NCBI GenBank assembly: GCA_963725865.1
Contig: CAVSAC010000013.1
Coordinates: forward strand, 1-60,383
DNA from: Candidatus Eiseniibacteriota bacterium
Lineage (GTDB): Bacteria; Eisenbacteria; RBG-16-71-46
Direction of reading: 5' to 3'
DNA length: 60,383 bases
The position numbers and the translations under genes were made by a program. This document shows positions 14,804-27,907 of this stretch, one piece after another (position 1 is the stretch's first letter; each line of letters begins with the position of its first letter). Under the pieces are notes generated by a model. The model saw only the letters and a program-made list of their open reading frames with translations, did no database searches and had not been told where the DNA came from.

Positions 14804-14965
14804 CTACGTCACCGGCGGGGGCGGCTCGTCCTGCTTCTTGCGGGGGCGCTCACCCGGAGCGCAGCCGTCCGGTCTCACTCAGGTCGGCACCCCGAGGCGG
14901 GGCAGCAGCCACGCCTGCAGCACCCACCACACCGCGACCATGCCCACCACCGGCAGCCAGTCCAT
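14804..14965 (-). CDS. Small single-TM protein: 28 aa if TGA at 14879-14881 is a stop, 53 aa if it is read as Sec
   Basis: GGAGG RBS then ATG 14965: MDWLPVVGMVAVWWVLQAWLLPRLGVPT-TGA-VRPDGCAPGERPRKKQDEPPPPVT-TAG. Confidence 0.55.
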
Positions 14966-15011
14966 GGGACCTCCACCCCATCCGAGACACGCGGCACGTG
15001 GAAGGATCCGC

Positions 15012-16093
<1,082 letters not shown>

Positions 16094-16100
<7 letters not shown>

Positions 16101-16910
16101 GCGAGCGGTTCCAGAACCAGCCGCGCGGGGCCGAGCGCAGGCCGAGCAGCAGCGCCGAACGCCATGACGAGCAGCAGCACCGACAGCACGACCGCCGCGT
16201 CGAGGTCGGACTGCAGCGCGACGTAGACCGCGAGCGGCATGGTCTGCGTCGTGCCCGGGCAGGTTGCCGGCGAACGTGATCGTGGCGCCGAACTCGCCGA
16301 GTGCGCGCGCGCCGGCTCATCGCCGCGCCGGCGAGCAGCGCGGGCGCCGCGAGCGGCAGCACGACGCGCAGGAACGTGAAGCGCCTCCGAGGCGCGCAGC
16401 GTCGCGGCGGCGTCGAGCAGCGCGGGTCGACGCCCGCGAAGCCGGCGCGCGCGGGGCCGACGAAGAACGGCACCGCCATGAACACCTGCGCGACCACCAC
16501 GCCGGCCGTGGTGAACGGCAGCGAGATGCCGAAGGCCGCGAGCGCGCCGCCCGCGAGCCCCATGCGCCCGAACGCCATCAGCAGCGCGAAGCCGGCGACC
16601 GTGGGCGGCAGCACCATGGGCAGGTCGATCAGCACCTCGAGCACGCGCTTGCCGGGAAAGTCGCGCGTCGCGAGCAGCCACGCGACGGGCAGCCCGAGCA
16701 GCCACGACGACCGCGGTGGCGGCGGCGCTGGTGACGAGGCTCAGGCCGAGCGCCTCGAGCACCGCGGGATCGCCGAGCCGCGCGAGGAGCGTGGCGGGGG
16801 CGAGCGCGCAGCAGCAGCGCGACGAACGGCAGCGCGAGCAGCGCGAGCAGCAGGACGATCGGCGAGCGCGACCGACCAGCCGCGCAGCCAGCGCCGCGCG
16901 CGGGCGTCAC
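16094..16910 (-). CDS. modB: Molybdate ABC transporter permease; frameshifted
   Basis: LIDLPMVLPPTVAGFALLMAFGRMG, AQVFMAVPFFV, LGEFGATITFAG, TQTMPLAVY. Confidence 0.9.
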
Positions 16911-17780
16911 GGCGCCGGCGGCGCGATCGCAACAGGCCGTGCCGCGCCGAGCACCGGCTGGCCTTCGGGCGAGAGCACGAGCTCCACGAACGCCCGCGCC
17001 GCCTCGCCCTGGGGCGCGTCGGCGCAGCGAGCGCGATGGGGTAGGCGCGCGATCACGTTCGCGCCCGCGGGAATCTCGAGCACGCGCACGAACCGCGCGA
17101 CCGCCGCGCGTCACGTCGGAGCGGTACACGATCCCGGCGTCGGCCTCGCCGAGCTGCACCTTGCCGACCACGCGACTTCACGTTCTCCTCCTCGGAGACG
17201 ACGTTGCGCAGCGCGCGCCGCGCGAAGTCGGCGCCGAGCCCGGCTCGCGCGCGAGGTTCCGCAGCAGCTGTCGCGCGTAGCGGCCCACCGGCACCGCGTC
17301 GGCGCCGAGCACCAGCTTGACGCCGCCGCGCGCGAGGTCGTGCAGGCTCGCGATGCGGGCCGGGGTTCGTGCGCGGGACGATCACGACCAGGCGGTTGCG
17401 GGCGAAGGTCACCGGCCGCCGGCGAGCAGGCCGCGCTCGCGCACGTCGCGCCATCCAGCGCTCGTCGGCCGAGGCGAAGACGTCGGCCGCGGCGCCCTGG
17501 TCGATCTGCGCGGCGAGCTGCTGCGAGCCCGCGAAGTTGAAGCGCACCGCGAGGCCGGGGTGCGTGCGCTCGAAGCGCGCGCCCAGTTCCGTGAACGCCT
17601 CGGCGAGCGAGGCCGCGGCGAACACGACGAGGGTGGGGAGGGCGCGCCGCGCGCGCCGGCGCGGCGGATGCCGGCCCCGCCAGCGCCACGGCATGGCGAG
17701 CGCCGCCAGAGTCGCCAAGGCCAGCGCGACGGTGAGCCGCGGGCGCACCGTCAGTCCTCTCGGTGAGCGCGCGCGCTCAT
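16907..17780 (-). CDS. modA: Molybdate ABC transporter substrate-binding protein; frameshifted
   Basis: Signal peptide, VFAAASL, FNFAGSQQLAAQI..ADVFASAD, FARNRLV, VPVGRY, GEADAGIVYRSD. Confidence 0.9.
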
Positions 17781-18173
17781 GGCTGCTCCGCTTGCCGATC
17801 ATCACCTCGGTGGACTTGATCACCGCGAACACCTCGTCGCCGACCTTCAGCCCGAGGCGCTCGGCGGACGAGCGCGTGATGATCGAGACCAGCGTCTGGT
17901 CGCCGATGCGAAGCGCGACCTCGGCCATCAGTCCGTCGCCGTGCAGCCGCGCGATCGGGCCGCGCAGGCGGTTGCGCGCGCTGAGCAACTCGAGCCCGAC
18001 CCGGCGCCGCCGGGCGCGGGCCCGCCCAGCAGCCGGTCGAGGTCGGCGCGGCGGAACAGCCACTTGCGGCCGACGCGCGACGCCGGCAGCTTGCCGTCGC
18101 GCGCCATGGCCTGGACGCGCTTCACGTTCAGATGGAGGAGCGCTGCGGCCTGCTCGACGGTGATCGTGTCCAT
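17777..18173 (-). CDS. Excisionase-type HTH plus TOBE (Mop) molybdate-binding regulator; frameshift near 18010
   Basis: MDTITVEQAAALLHL..GKLPASRVGRKWLF then LSARNRLRG..SIITRSSAERLGLKVGD..AVIKSTEVMI. Confidence 0.85.
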
Positions 18174-18287
18174 GGAGGCCCTCGACTTGTGACCGGTAGG
18201 ATCGTCGGTTACATTACCTTGAGTTCCAGACGAGGCGATATTCGGATACACAAGGGAACAAAGCAACCTCTCATCAGGAGGATCGGG

Positions 18288-19313
18288 ATGCACCGGGAAC
18301 CGAAGGCGCCGCGTGCGCCCTGGTGGGGGATGGCACTCGCGGTCGCGCTGGCGGCCGTCGCGGCCGTGCCCTCGACGGCCGCGGAGCGCGATAGCATCCT
18401 CGCCGCGGCGGAGGTTCCGCCGCTGGTTCCCGCGCTCGCCGCGCCCCGGCTGGGCGGCTACCTCCAGGCACGCTCGACCGCGCAGGCGCACGTCGGGCTC
18501 ACGAACACGCTCAATCGCGCCCGCTTCTCGATCGACGGCGCGCTGCCGGCTCGCTTCTCGTACCGGTTCCTGGTGGAGCTCGAGGCGTCCGCAGGCGCGC
18601 GCAGTCCGTCGACCCCGAGTCTGCGCGAGGCGTACGCGCGCTGGAGCGCGCCGCCGTTCGCGGTGACGGCGGGGCAGATCAAGACTCCGTTCACGCGCGA
18701 GTACCTGATCGCCGTCCCGTCGCTCGAGACCGCCCGACCTGTCGGTCGTGGTCGACTCGCTCGCGCCCAAGTACGACGTCGGCGTGGTGGGCGAGTACGC
18801 CCTCGGCGCACCTGGGCCACGCTCAGCGCTGGGCGTCGTTCAACGGCGAGGGCACAGAACGCCTCGGCCAACCGCGACTCCACGGTGCTGTGGGTGGCGC
18901 GCGCCACGGTGGGGCCGCTGCCGATGCTGGGGCTCGGCGGCAGCGTGACCCACGACGGACCCGACAGCCTGCGCTGGGGCGTCGACGGGACCATCGAGTA
19001 CCTCGGCGTGATGGTGCGCGCCGACTACCTGACGCGCCACCGTCGTGGGCGCGCCCATGAGCGTGACGACGCCGGCTGGAGCGTGCTCGCGGGCTATCGC
19101 GTGACTCCGAGCGTCCAGCTCATCGCGCGGCTCGACCAGCTCGAGCGGCCGTGGATCGGCCCCGCGCGGCGCATCCGCGGCACCGACCTGGGGCTGAATC
19201 TCGAGCTGGTCCCGACCCGCGTGAGACTGATGGTGCAGGGGATCCGGCGCACCACCGGCAAGCCGCGCACCAGCACCGATACCGCGGTGGCCCAGCTCCA
19301 GGTCCGCTTCTAG
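18288..19313 (+). CDS. OprO/OprP-like anion-selective porin; frameshifts near 18735-18850
   Basis: AGGAGG RBS, signal peptide, [28 protein letters not shown]-terminal AQLQVRF beta-signal. Confidence 0.75.
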   Translation: MHREPKAPRAPWWGMALAVALAAVAAVPSTAAERDSILAAAEVPPLVPALAAPRLGGYLQARSTAQAHVGLTNTLNRARFSIDGALPARFSYRFLVELEASAGARSPSTPSLREAYARWSAPPFAVTAGQIKTPFTREYLIAVPSLETARPVGRGRLARAQVRRRRGGRVRPRRTWATLSAGRRSTARAQNASANRDSTVLWVARATVGPLPMLGLGGSVTHDGPDSLRWGVDGTIEYLGVMVRADYLTRHRRGRAHERDDAGWSVLAGYRVTPSVQLIARLDQLERPWIGPARRIRGTDLGLNLELVPTRVRLMVQGIRRTTGKPRTSTDTAVAQLQVRF

Positions 19314-19417
19314 CCACGGCGCCCGGCGCTGCCGATCGGCCCCGCGATGGTCCGTCCGCACCCGACTCGCGTCGGATCGAGCGCACACCCGCGCGCGGCG
19401 TCGCGCGCCGGCGGTGA

Positions 19418-20933
19418 TCAGCCGCGCGGCGCCTCGAGCAGCGTGGCGATCGCGCGGCGCCAGCGCGCGTGCTCGGCGCGCCGCCACGCGGCGTCGCGCT
19501 GCGGCCGGAACACGCGCTCCACCCGGCGCGCGCGGTCGAGCTCGCGCTGCGAGGCCCAAAGCCCGACGCCCAGCCCGGCCAGCAGCCCGGCCCCGAGCGC
19601 GGTGGTCTCGATGACCCGCGGCCGGCTCCACCGGGACGCCGAGCAGGTCGGCCTGCATCTGCATGAGCAGGTCGTTCGCGGCGGCGCCGCCGTCGACGCG
19701 CAGGGTGCGCAGCCGCGCGCCGGCGTCGCGCGCCATGGCCTCGACCAGGTCGGCGCTCTGGAGCGCGATCGCGTCGAGCGCGGCGCGCACCAGGTGCGCG
19801 CGCGTGGTGCCGCGGGTGAGGCCCAGCAGGGCGCCGCGCACGTCGGAGCGCCAGTAGGGCGCGCCCAGCCCGACGAACGCCGGCACCAGCGTGACGCCGC
19901 CGCTGTCCGGCACGGTGCGCGCCAGCGCCTCGCTCTCGGCCGCGGTGGCGATGGCGCCGAGCCCGTCGCGCAGCCACTGGATCGCGGCGCCGGCGATGAA
20001 CACGCTGCCCTCGAGCGCGTAGGCGGGGCCGCCGTCGGCATCGCACGCCACCGTGGTGAGCAGTCCGGCACGCGAGCGCACACGGCGTCTGGCCCCGGTG
20101 TGGAGCAGCAGGAAGCAGCCGGTGCCGTACGTGTTCTTGGAGCGCCCGCGGTCACGCAGCCCTGGCCGAAGAGCGCCGCCTGCTGGTCGCCCGCGACGCC
20201 GGCGATCGGGATGCCATCGGGCAGCCCGCTGACGCCTCGGGTCACGCCGAAGTCGCCGCTCGAGGGCCGCACCTCGGGCAGCAGCGCGCGCGGCACGCCG
20301 AAGCGCTCGAGCAGCGCGGTCGTCCCAGCGCAGCGCGCGCGAGGTCGAACAGCATCGTGCGCGAGGCGTTGGTGGGGTCGGTCGCGTGCACGGCGCCGCC
20401 GGTGAGCTTCCAGATCAGCCACGCGTCCACGGTGCCGAACGCGAGCTCGCCGCGCGCGCGCGCGCGCGCGCGCAGCCGCGGTGAGTGCTCGAGCAGCCAC
20501 TCGAGCTTCGTGGCCGAGAAGTAGGGGTCGAGCACGAGCCCGGTCCGCCGGCGCATCGCGCGGCTCGGGCCGGCGCGGCGCAGCGCCTCGCAGCGCGCGG
20601 CGGTGCGCCGGTCCTGCCAGACGATCGCGCGCGCCACCGGCTCGCCGGTGCGCCGGTCCCACAGCAGCGACGGTCTCGCGCTGGTTGGTGATGCCGATGG
20701 CCGCGAGCGCCGTGCGCGGCTCACGCGCGCGGCCGCGCAGCGCGCGCGCGCGACCGCGGCGGTCGACGCTCGCCCAGATCTCGTCCGGGTCGTGCTCGAC
20801 CCAGCCCGGCCTGGGGAAGTGCTGCGGGCAGCTCGGCGTAGCCGCGGCCGCGCACGGCGCCGCGGCGGTCCAGCACAGCGCGGTCGTGCCGGTCGTGCCC
20901 TGGTCGATGGCGAGGACGAACGCGGCGCTTCAT
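19418..20933 (-). CDS. glpK: Glycerol kinase; many frameshifts
   Basis: [83 protein letters not shown]. Confidence 0.93.
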
Positions 20934-20943
20934 GGGCGGCCTC

Positions 20944-22416
20944 TCACGTCGGTGGACGCGAGCGGGGCGCTCGGCGGCATCGCGCGCCGCGAGCGCCCAG
21001 CGGTCGATCTCGTCGCGTTCGCGCTCCGGGCTCCAGCCGAGCCGGCGCGCCATCGCGCCGGCGACGCGGGCGCGGCGGCGGGCCGCGGTCGTCGTCGAGC
21101 CAGCGCGTGCTGCGCCGGCGCAGCACGTCGTCGAGCGAGCGCGCGAACTCGTCGCCGGCCGCGTGCGCGCCGAGCGCCTCGGCGTCGCCCGCGCCGGCGA
21201 ACGGCGCGGGCAGCGGCGCGCTCGGGCGGTCGCGCGGCGCGCTACCGCGGCGCCAGCAGGCGCGTCGCGGCCGCCAGCGTGTCGCGCGCCATGACGCGGA
21301 ACGTCGTGTACTTGCCGCCCGCGATGGTCACGACCGGGCCGTCGACGACGACGCGGTGCTCGCGCGAGGCGCTGCCCGACGGCGCCGGCCGAGACGAGCA
21401 GCGGCCGCACGCCGGCGAAGGCGGCGAGCGGGCGGACGCGGCGCGCGCCCGGCAGCACGCGCGCGACCTCGGCGCGCGAGGTAGCGGATCTCCTCGGCGG
21501 TGGGCTCGCCGCGTCGGGCGCGGGCGGCGAGGCAGTCTCGACCTCGGTCGTGCCGACCAGCGAGCGGCCGGCGAACGGCACCACGAAGAACACGCGCCCG
21601 TCGCGCCGCGCCACCAGCGAGCACGCCGTGGCCCCGGGTGAGCGCGCGGGTACACCAGGTGCGTGCCGCGCGAGGGTCGCAGCAGCGGCGCCGGGGTCGG
21701 CCGTGCCCGGCGCAGCACGCGCGAGCAGGTCGCGCGCGCGTCGCGTCGGTCCACGCGCCGGTCGCGTTCACGATCGCGCGCGCGTCGAAGCGCGCGCTCG
21801 CGCCGCTCTCGCGGTCGCGCACCGCGACCTCGATCGCCCGCGCCGTCGGCCGCGGCGCGCGCCACGTCAGCTCGGTGCAGCGTGAGGAGCGCCGCGCCGT
21901 GCGCGGCGGCGTCGCGCGCGACCGCGACCGCGAGCCGCGCGTCGTCCATCACGACGTCGGAGTAGAGCCCGGCGCCCGACGCAGGCCCTCGGGCTCGAGC
22001 CCGGGCTCGAGCGCGAGCGCTTCGCGCGGCCTGCCCATGGCGTGCGGGCTCGGCCGCGTCGCGGCCGGCGAGCAGGTCGTAGAGCGCCGAGCCCGGCGCG
22101 CAGCTTCCACGGCGGCAGGCGCGCCGCCGCGGCAGACCGGGACCATGAAGCGCACGCGGGCGCGCCAGCGCGGGCGCCATGCGCGCCGACGGCGGCGCGC
22201 TCGACCAGCGCCTCGCGCACGAGCGCGAAGCCGGCCGTGCTCGAGGTAGCGCAGCCCGCCGTGCAGCATGTGGCTCGACGCGCTGCTCGCGCCCGTGGCG
22301 AGGTCGTCGCGCTCGATCACCGCCACCGACCAGCCGTTGCGCGCGGCGAGCCGGGCGACGCCGAGGCCGGTGACGCCGCCGCCGATGACGAGGAGATCGA
22401 CCGGCCTCGCGTCCAT
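20944..22416 (-). CDS. glpD: FAD-dependent glycerol-3-phosphate dehydrogenase; many frameshifts
   Basis: LLVIGGGVTG, ERDDLATGASSASSHMLHGGLRYLE, DDARL, VNATGAW, GTTE, FAGVRPL, GGKYTTFR. Confidence 0.92.
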
Positions 22417-22432
22417 GTCGACTCCGCCCGTG

Positions 22433-24545
22433 TCAGCGCTTGCCGGCCGGGGGCCGGGACCACCGGCACCGGCCGGGCGGGCTCCTTGGGGGTGCCCGCC
22501 ACCGTCTTGCCGAGCGTGTAGCGCTCGAGCCAGTCGAGGTGCCACTGCATCGCCGCCTTGAGCAGCTTGGGCTCGCGTGGCGTGTGCGCCGAGCGCGGCA
22601 GCAGCAGCAGATCGGTGGGCACGCCCGCGCGCTCGAGCGCGGTGTAGAACTCCCAGCCCTGGCTGGTCGGCACCCGGTCGTCGGCGAGGCCGTGGATGAG
22701 CGCGGTCGGCGTCTTCACCTTGCCGACGTGGAAGAGGGCCGAGCGGTCGACGTACACCTGCGGGTCCTCCCACGGCCACGCGCCGAAATACGAGCGCGCG
22801 AACTCGGGGATGTCGGCGGTGCCGGTGAACGAGGCCATGTCGGTCACGCCGGCGCCGACCACGGCGGCCTTGAAGCGGTCGGTCCTGGTCACGATGGTCG
22901 AGGTCATGTAGCCGCCGTACGACCAGCCGCACACCGCGAGGCGGTTGGGATCGACGAGCCCCTTCTGGATCAGCGCATCGACCCCCGCCATGATGTCCTC
23001 GTAGTCCTTCCCGCCCCAGTCGCGCACGTTGGCGGCGCGGAACTTCTCGCCGTAGCCGCCGCTGCCGCGCGGGTTGGGCAGCAGGATCGCCCAGCCGTGC
23101 TGGGCGAAGATCGCGAACGCGTAGACGCGCTGCATCAGCGTGCAGGTGTAGGCGTGCGTCCCGGCGGGGCCGCCGTGCACGTTGAGCAGCAGCGGCACGC
23201 GCTGGCCGGGCTTGTAGTCGCTGGGGTAGATCAGCAGCCCGTCGATGTCGAGCCCGTCGGTGCCCTTCCAGGTGACCCGGTCCTTACGGAAGGTGAGGAA
23301 CTCGTCGGCCTGCGGGTTGAGGCTGGTGACGCGCCGCGGGTCGCCGCCGGGCGGGCGCTTGGGGTCGGCCGAGGCGACGCGCTGGAAGTACACCTCGCGC
23401 GGCTCGGTCCCCGACTCGCGCGCGTAGACGGCGGTGACGCCGCGGCTGTCGAAGGTCGGCAGGCCGTGGACGAAGTCGCCGGCGGTGAACGGCTCGGGCG
23501 CGCGGCCGTCGGGATGCGCCAGCATGATCTGGCGTGCCGGCCCACGGTCGCACAGGAACGCGATCGAGGTGGCGTCGTGGTTCCACCGCAGGCCACCGTT
23601 ACCGGCCGAGACGCGCTCGTCCAGCGACGCGGTCAGGTTCACCGGCGCGCCACCGTCCGGCGACACCACGCACACGTAGTCGTTGGTGTACCACTCCTTG
23701 TCCTTGCCGTCCTGCGAGGCGAACGCGATCCACTTGCCGTCGGGCGACCACTCCGGCGCGATGTCGGTGCCGGGCCGCGCCACCAGCGGCGTCGGCGTGC
23801 CTCCCGCCAGCGGCATCACGTAGAGGTCGGAGGCGAAGTTGTCGGGGATGCGCGGCGTGGGCTGTGCCGCGAACACCACGCGCCTGGAGTCGGGCGAGGT
23901 CGTGAACGATGAGACGTGGAGCGCGGTGGTGAGCTGGGTCGCCTTGCGCGAGGCGAGGTCGACGATCCAGAGCCGGTTCCAGGCGTAGTGCTGCTCGGGG
24001 CGCCAGGCGTCGTCCTTGTCCTTGTCCTTCTTCTTCTGCTCCTCGGTCTTCGGCTCCTTGGACAGATACACGATGGCCTTGCTGTCGTGGGTCCATTCGA
24101 ATTGCGAGACGCCACCCGCGGCGTCGGTCACCAGCTGCGCCTCGCCGCCGTCGGTGCGCATCATCCAGACCTGGCGTTTGCCCTCGTCGGCGGCGTCGTC
24201 CTTCTTGCCGGGGCGCGGGCGCTCGGACAGGAACGCGATCCACTTGCCGTCGGGCGACCAGCGCGGGGTGTCGTCGTTCTGGTCGGCGAAGGTGAGGCGG
24301 CGGGTCTCGCTGCCGCTCAGGTTCGAGACCCACAGGTCGGTCTGGTAGTCGCTGTGGTCGGCGTTCCAGCCCTGCACCACGTACGCCACCGAGAGCGCAT
24401 CCAGCTGCACCTGCGGATCGGAGACCACCTTGAGATCCAGCAGGTCGTCGAGGGTCCAGGGTCGGGTGCCCGCGAGTGCGGGCGTGGCGAGCGCGAGCGC
24501 CATCAGGGCGGTCGCGACCAGCAGACGGCGCGGCGTCATCGTCAT
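22433..24545 (-). CDS. Secreted S9 family peptidase (beta-propeller plus catalytic domain); true stop probably 22433 after a terminal frameshift
   Basis: GGAGG RBS and signal peptide MTMTPRRLLV..ALA; WSPDGKWIAF repeats; VHGGP, NPRGSGGYG, GWSYGG, DDRVP, H. Confidence 0.92.
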
Positions 24546-24634
24546 CCTCCGGCGGAGAACGTGCGGACGTGGGAGGTGCAATCGAGTGGCGCGGAGCATA
24601 GCACCATCGTCGCGCGGCGCACTCCGCGCGCGGC

Positions 24635-26957
24635 TCAGCTCCGTTCCCGGGCCAGGGCGGGCGCGGATCGGCGGGCCCCGTCGGCGAAGTGCGGCTCCTC
24701 GACGCGCACCGCGCGCGGCTCGCACGGGCCGCCGGCGGCCTCGGCGCTCACCACGCAGTTGTAGTCGGGAGAGCCCGAGACCGGGTCGAACGTGCGCGGG
24801 ATGAGCGCGTTGGTCTCGGGCCAGTAGGCCTGCAGGTGCCCGGGCTTCATCGGCGCCCGCCGCGCCACGCCGGTCCACTCGCCGACCTCGGAGCGCAGCA
24901 CGATCGCGTCGCCGTCGCCCACGCCGAGCCGGGCCGCGTCGTCGGGGTGGATGAGCACGTCGCGCCGGGTCGAGGCGCCCATCAGGAAATCGCGCTCGCC
25001 GTGGCTCATGCTGTTGAACTGCTTGCCGCGGCGCGTGGTGAGGTAGAAGCGTCCCTCGGGCACCACGATGCGCGGCACCGGCACCGCGCTGAAGCGCGCA
25101 CGGCCTTCCGGCATGCGGGTGAACCCGTCGCGGAACAGCCGCGGCCCGCCCCACTGGACGCTCTGGCCCTCGCGCTCGAGCGTCTCGATGCCGTCGTACA
25201 TCGGCATCGCCCGCGCGATCTCGCGCCGCACGTCGGCGGGGCCCGCCCACGCGAATCCGGTCGCGAGCGCCGGCCGCACGGCGCACGCCACGCGCACCGG
25301 GATGCGCCATTCCGGCTCGGCCTCGGCGATGCGCGGGCCCTCGATCTCGGGCGAGAAGCGGATGCGCCGCTCGGTGCTGGTGGTGGTGCCGCCGCCCGCG
25401 GTCTCGTAGCGCGTCTGCGCCGGCAACAGCAGCACCGTGCGCCCCGGCAGCAGCGACGAGGTGTTGAGCACGATGTCCTGGTGGATGCGCAGCTTCACGC
25501 GCGCCAGGGCCTCGAGCATGTAGCCGCGGTCGGGCATGGTCTCGAGCAGGTTGCCGCCGAGCGAGTAGAGCAGCTCGATCTCGCCGCGGTGCGCGGCCTC
25601 GAGCATCTGCAGCGTGCGGTGGCCGCGCCACGCCGGCAGCGCGTGGCCCCACAGTGCCTCGAAGCGCGCGCGGTCCTCGTCGTGGGCGACCTCGAAGCCG
25701 CCCGGGTACTTGTCCGGATCGACGCCGCACTCGCCGCCGCCCTGCACGCCGGAATGGCCGCGGATCGGCATCACCCCGCACTTCTCGCGCCCGAACGTGC
25801 CGCGTGCCAGCGCCAGGTTGACCAGCGCCTTGACGTTGTCCACGCCGAAGCGGTGCTGGGTCAGTCCCATGCTGTACACGAACACGCAGGTGCGCGCCGC
25901 CGCGACCTGGCGCGCGAAGCGCAGCATGTCGTCGCGGCTCTGGCCCGCGGCGTGCTCGAGCTCGTCCCAGCGCGTGTCCTCGAGCTGGGAGCGCAGCGTG
26001 TCGAAGCCGGTGGTGTGGGCGTCCACGAACGCGCGATCGACGGCATCCATCTCGATCAGGTGCTTGAGCGTCCCGTGCAGGAACGCGATGTCCCCGCCCA
26101 CCGCGACCTGGAAGAAGTCGTCCATGAGCCGGGTGCCGAACAGCATGCTGCGCACGTCGCTGGGCACCCAGTAGCGCTCGAGCCCCGGCTCGCGCATGGG
26201 GTTGACCACCACGATGCGCGTGCCCTGGCGCTTGGCATAGGTGCAGGTACTTGGTGGTGACCGGCTGGTTGTTCGCCAGGTGCGAGCCGAGGATGACCAC
26301 CAGGTCGGCGCCGATCATGTCCGCGAGCGAGCACGTGGGCGCCGCGATGCCGAGCGTCTCCTTGAGGCCCGACACGCTCGCGGCGTGGCACAGGCGCGAG
26401 CACAGGTCGACGTGGTTCGAGCCCATCAGGCGCGCGGCCTTCTGGAACGCGTAGTAGGTCTCGTTGGTGATGCCCCGCGAGGTGGCGAAGAACGCGAGGC
26501 GCTCGCCCGGAGCGTCGCGCAGCTCCTCGGCGACGATCGACATCGCCTCGTCCCACGACAGGCGGTGGAGCCGGCCATCGCCACGATGGATCATCGGGTA
26601 GGGCAGGCGTCCGAGGCGGTGGAGCGCGTCGTTGGGCAGCGCGCGCAGCGCCGCCAGGTCGTCGAACGCGGCGTCGGGCACCGGCCCCATGGTGTTGAGT
26701 CGCAGCAGGCGCAGGCGCGTCATGCACAGGTGGATGCCGCTGATCACGTCGTCGCGCAGCCCGCGCGGGCCGAGCGCGCAGCCGTCGCACACGCCGCGGG
26801 TGAGGATGCGCCAGGCGTAGGGCAGGTTGTCGCGGTTCTCCCACGCCACCTGCGCCATCTCCACGAACGGGCGCGGGCGCGGGTGCCGGCCGGGACCGAA
26901 CGGCAGCAGGTCGCGCAGCCGGAAGTGGCCGTGGCTCGAGGTGCGGGGGCTCGCCAT
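24635..26957 (-). CDS. FdhF/YdeP-family molybdopterin oxidoreductase; frameshift near 26240
   Basis: GVCDGCALG, ATSRGITNETYY, CSRLCHAAS (Cys ligand), MGLTQH, PIRGHSGVQG, TSTERR, TTRRGKQFNS. Confidence 0.92.
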
Positions 26958-27004
26958 GACGGGGGCGGGCTAGCGGCTTCCGCCGCTTCGGCAGGGCACG
27001 GGCG

Positions 27005-27907
27005 TCACCGTCGCAGCGCCAGGGCGGTCTGCACGTTCACCTTCTCGCGCTGGTCGCCGTGGAGCGCATCGGCGACCGGCAGCTGCACGCCCAGTCGCAG
27101 CGCCAGCCGCTCGCTGAGCCGCAGCTCGGCGCGGGGCGTGAGGTAGAGCAGTGCGCCGCCGGTGTTCGCGTCGCGCGTCCCGGAATCGACGTCGCGGCGC
27201 GCCGCGCGCCAGTCCAGCTCGGGCCCCGCCAGCAGCCACGGCGTCACCTCGTGCTGCCAGCCGAGGTCCGCCACCACCGCGTCGCCGTAGCGGTAGTCGT
27301 GCGCGTTCACGTCGTTCCAGCGGCCGTGGACGCCGCCGTAGAGCGCATCGTGCTCGCCCAGCGCGCGCACCGCGCTGAGCCCGGCGAGAAGTCCCGCCGC
27401 GCCGGTGCCGGGCTGCAGGTGCTCTTCGGCGCGCGCGCCGTCGACCTGGAGATCGTTGTCGCCGAGCGGCAGGCGCGCGCCGGCGCTGAGCGCCACCCAC
27501 AGCGGGTGGTCCGACGCGGAGCGGAACAGCTCGAGGCTGGCGTCGACCTCGGGGTCGGAGAGTCCGGCGCGGCTGATGCGCTCGGAGCCGGCGGTGAGGG
27601 TGCGGTCCGAGACCGGCACGCGCGCCAGCAGCGTGATACGCCGCAGCGGCGTCCACGCGCCGCTCAGCGTGACGCGGGTCTCGGTCTCGCCCTCGCGCAG
27701 CGCCGGGTCCTCGATCGAGACCTGGTCCTTGGCGAAGCGCTCGGTCTCGAGCGACAGACTCCACGCCTTCAGGCGCAGCAAGGGGCTCCCGGCGAGCGTA
27801 TGCGCGGGATCGTCGCAGCGGCACATCGAGCATGCCCGCGCCGCCACCGGCAGCATCAGGGTGACGCCGAGCGCGAGCGTGGAGAGCGGGAACAGGATGC
27901 GTCGCAA
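27005..27907 (-). CDS. Outer-membrane beta-barrel protein (MetA/phenol-degradation transporter-like) with N-terminal CxxCxC
   Basis: GGAGG RBS then TTG; signal ..VAARA|CSMCRC; GLSD, LPLG, LQPGTG, YRYGD, LYLTP, GVQLP. Confidence 0.72.
   Translation of the reverse strand: MRRILFPLSTLALGVTLMLPVAARACSMCRCDDPAHTLAGSPLLRLKAWSLSLETERFAKDQVSIEDPALREGETETRVTLSGAWTPLRRITLLARVPVSDRTLTAGSERISRAGLSDPEVDASLELFRSASDHPLWVALSAGARLPLGDNDLQVDGARAEEHLQPGTGAAGLLAGLSAVRALGEHDALYGGVHGRWNDVNAHDYRYGDAVVADLGWQHEVTPWLLAGPELDWRAARRDVDSGTRDANTGGALLYLTPRAELRLSERLALRLGVQLPVADALHGDQREKVNVQTALALRR

Noticed and set aside
17990..18173. Excisionase-like HTH as a prophage or ICE marker
   Set aside because: It is fused to a TOBE domain at the head of modABC; no integrase or att site nearby
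18174..18287. Moco riboswitch upstream of the mod operon
   Set aside because: Region is short, shared by divergent genes, and I could not find the conserved multi-stem pattern
20451..20473. (CG)n run as a phase-variable microsatellite in glpK
   Set aside because: Encodes Arg-Ala repeats in an error-rich patch; likely compositional or a basecalling artefact
26380..26410. Selenocysteine in the FdhF-like enzyme
   Set aside because: The Mo-ligand position is TGC (CSRLCH), so it gives no support for Sec use
22317..26957. 1546-aa ORF looking like an FdhF-S9 peptidase fusion
   Set aside because: A frameshift near 26240 moves the FdhF N-terminus into a frame that stays open into the peptidase; the peptidase has its own RBS and signal peptide, and FdhF continues in ORF 24635..26212
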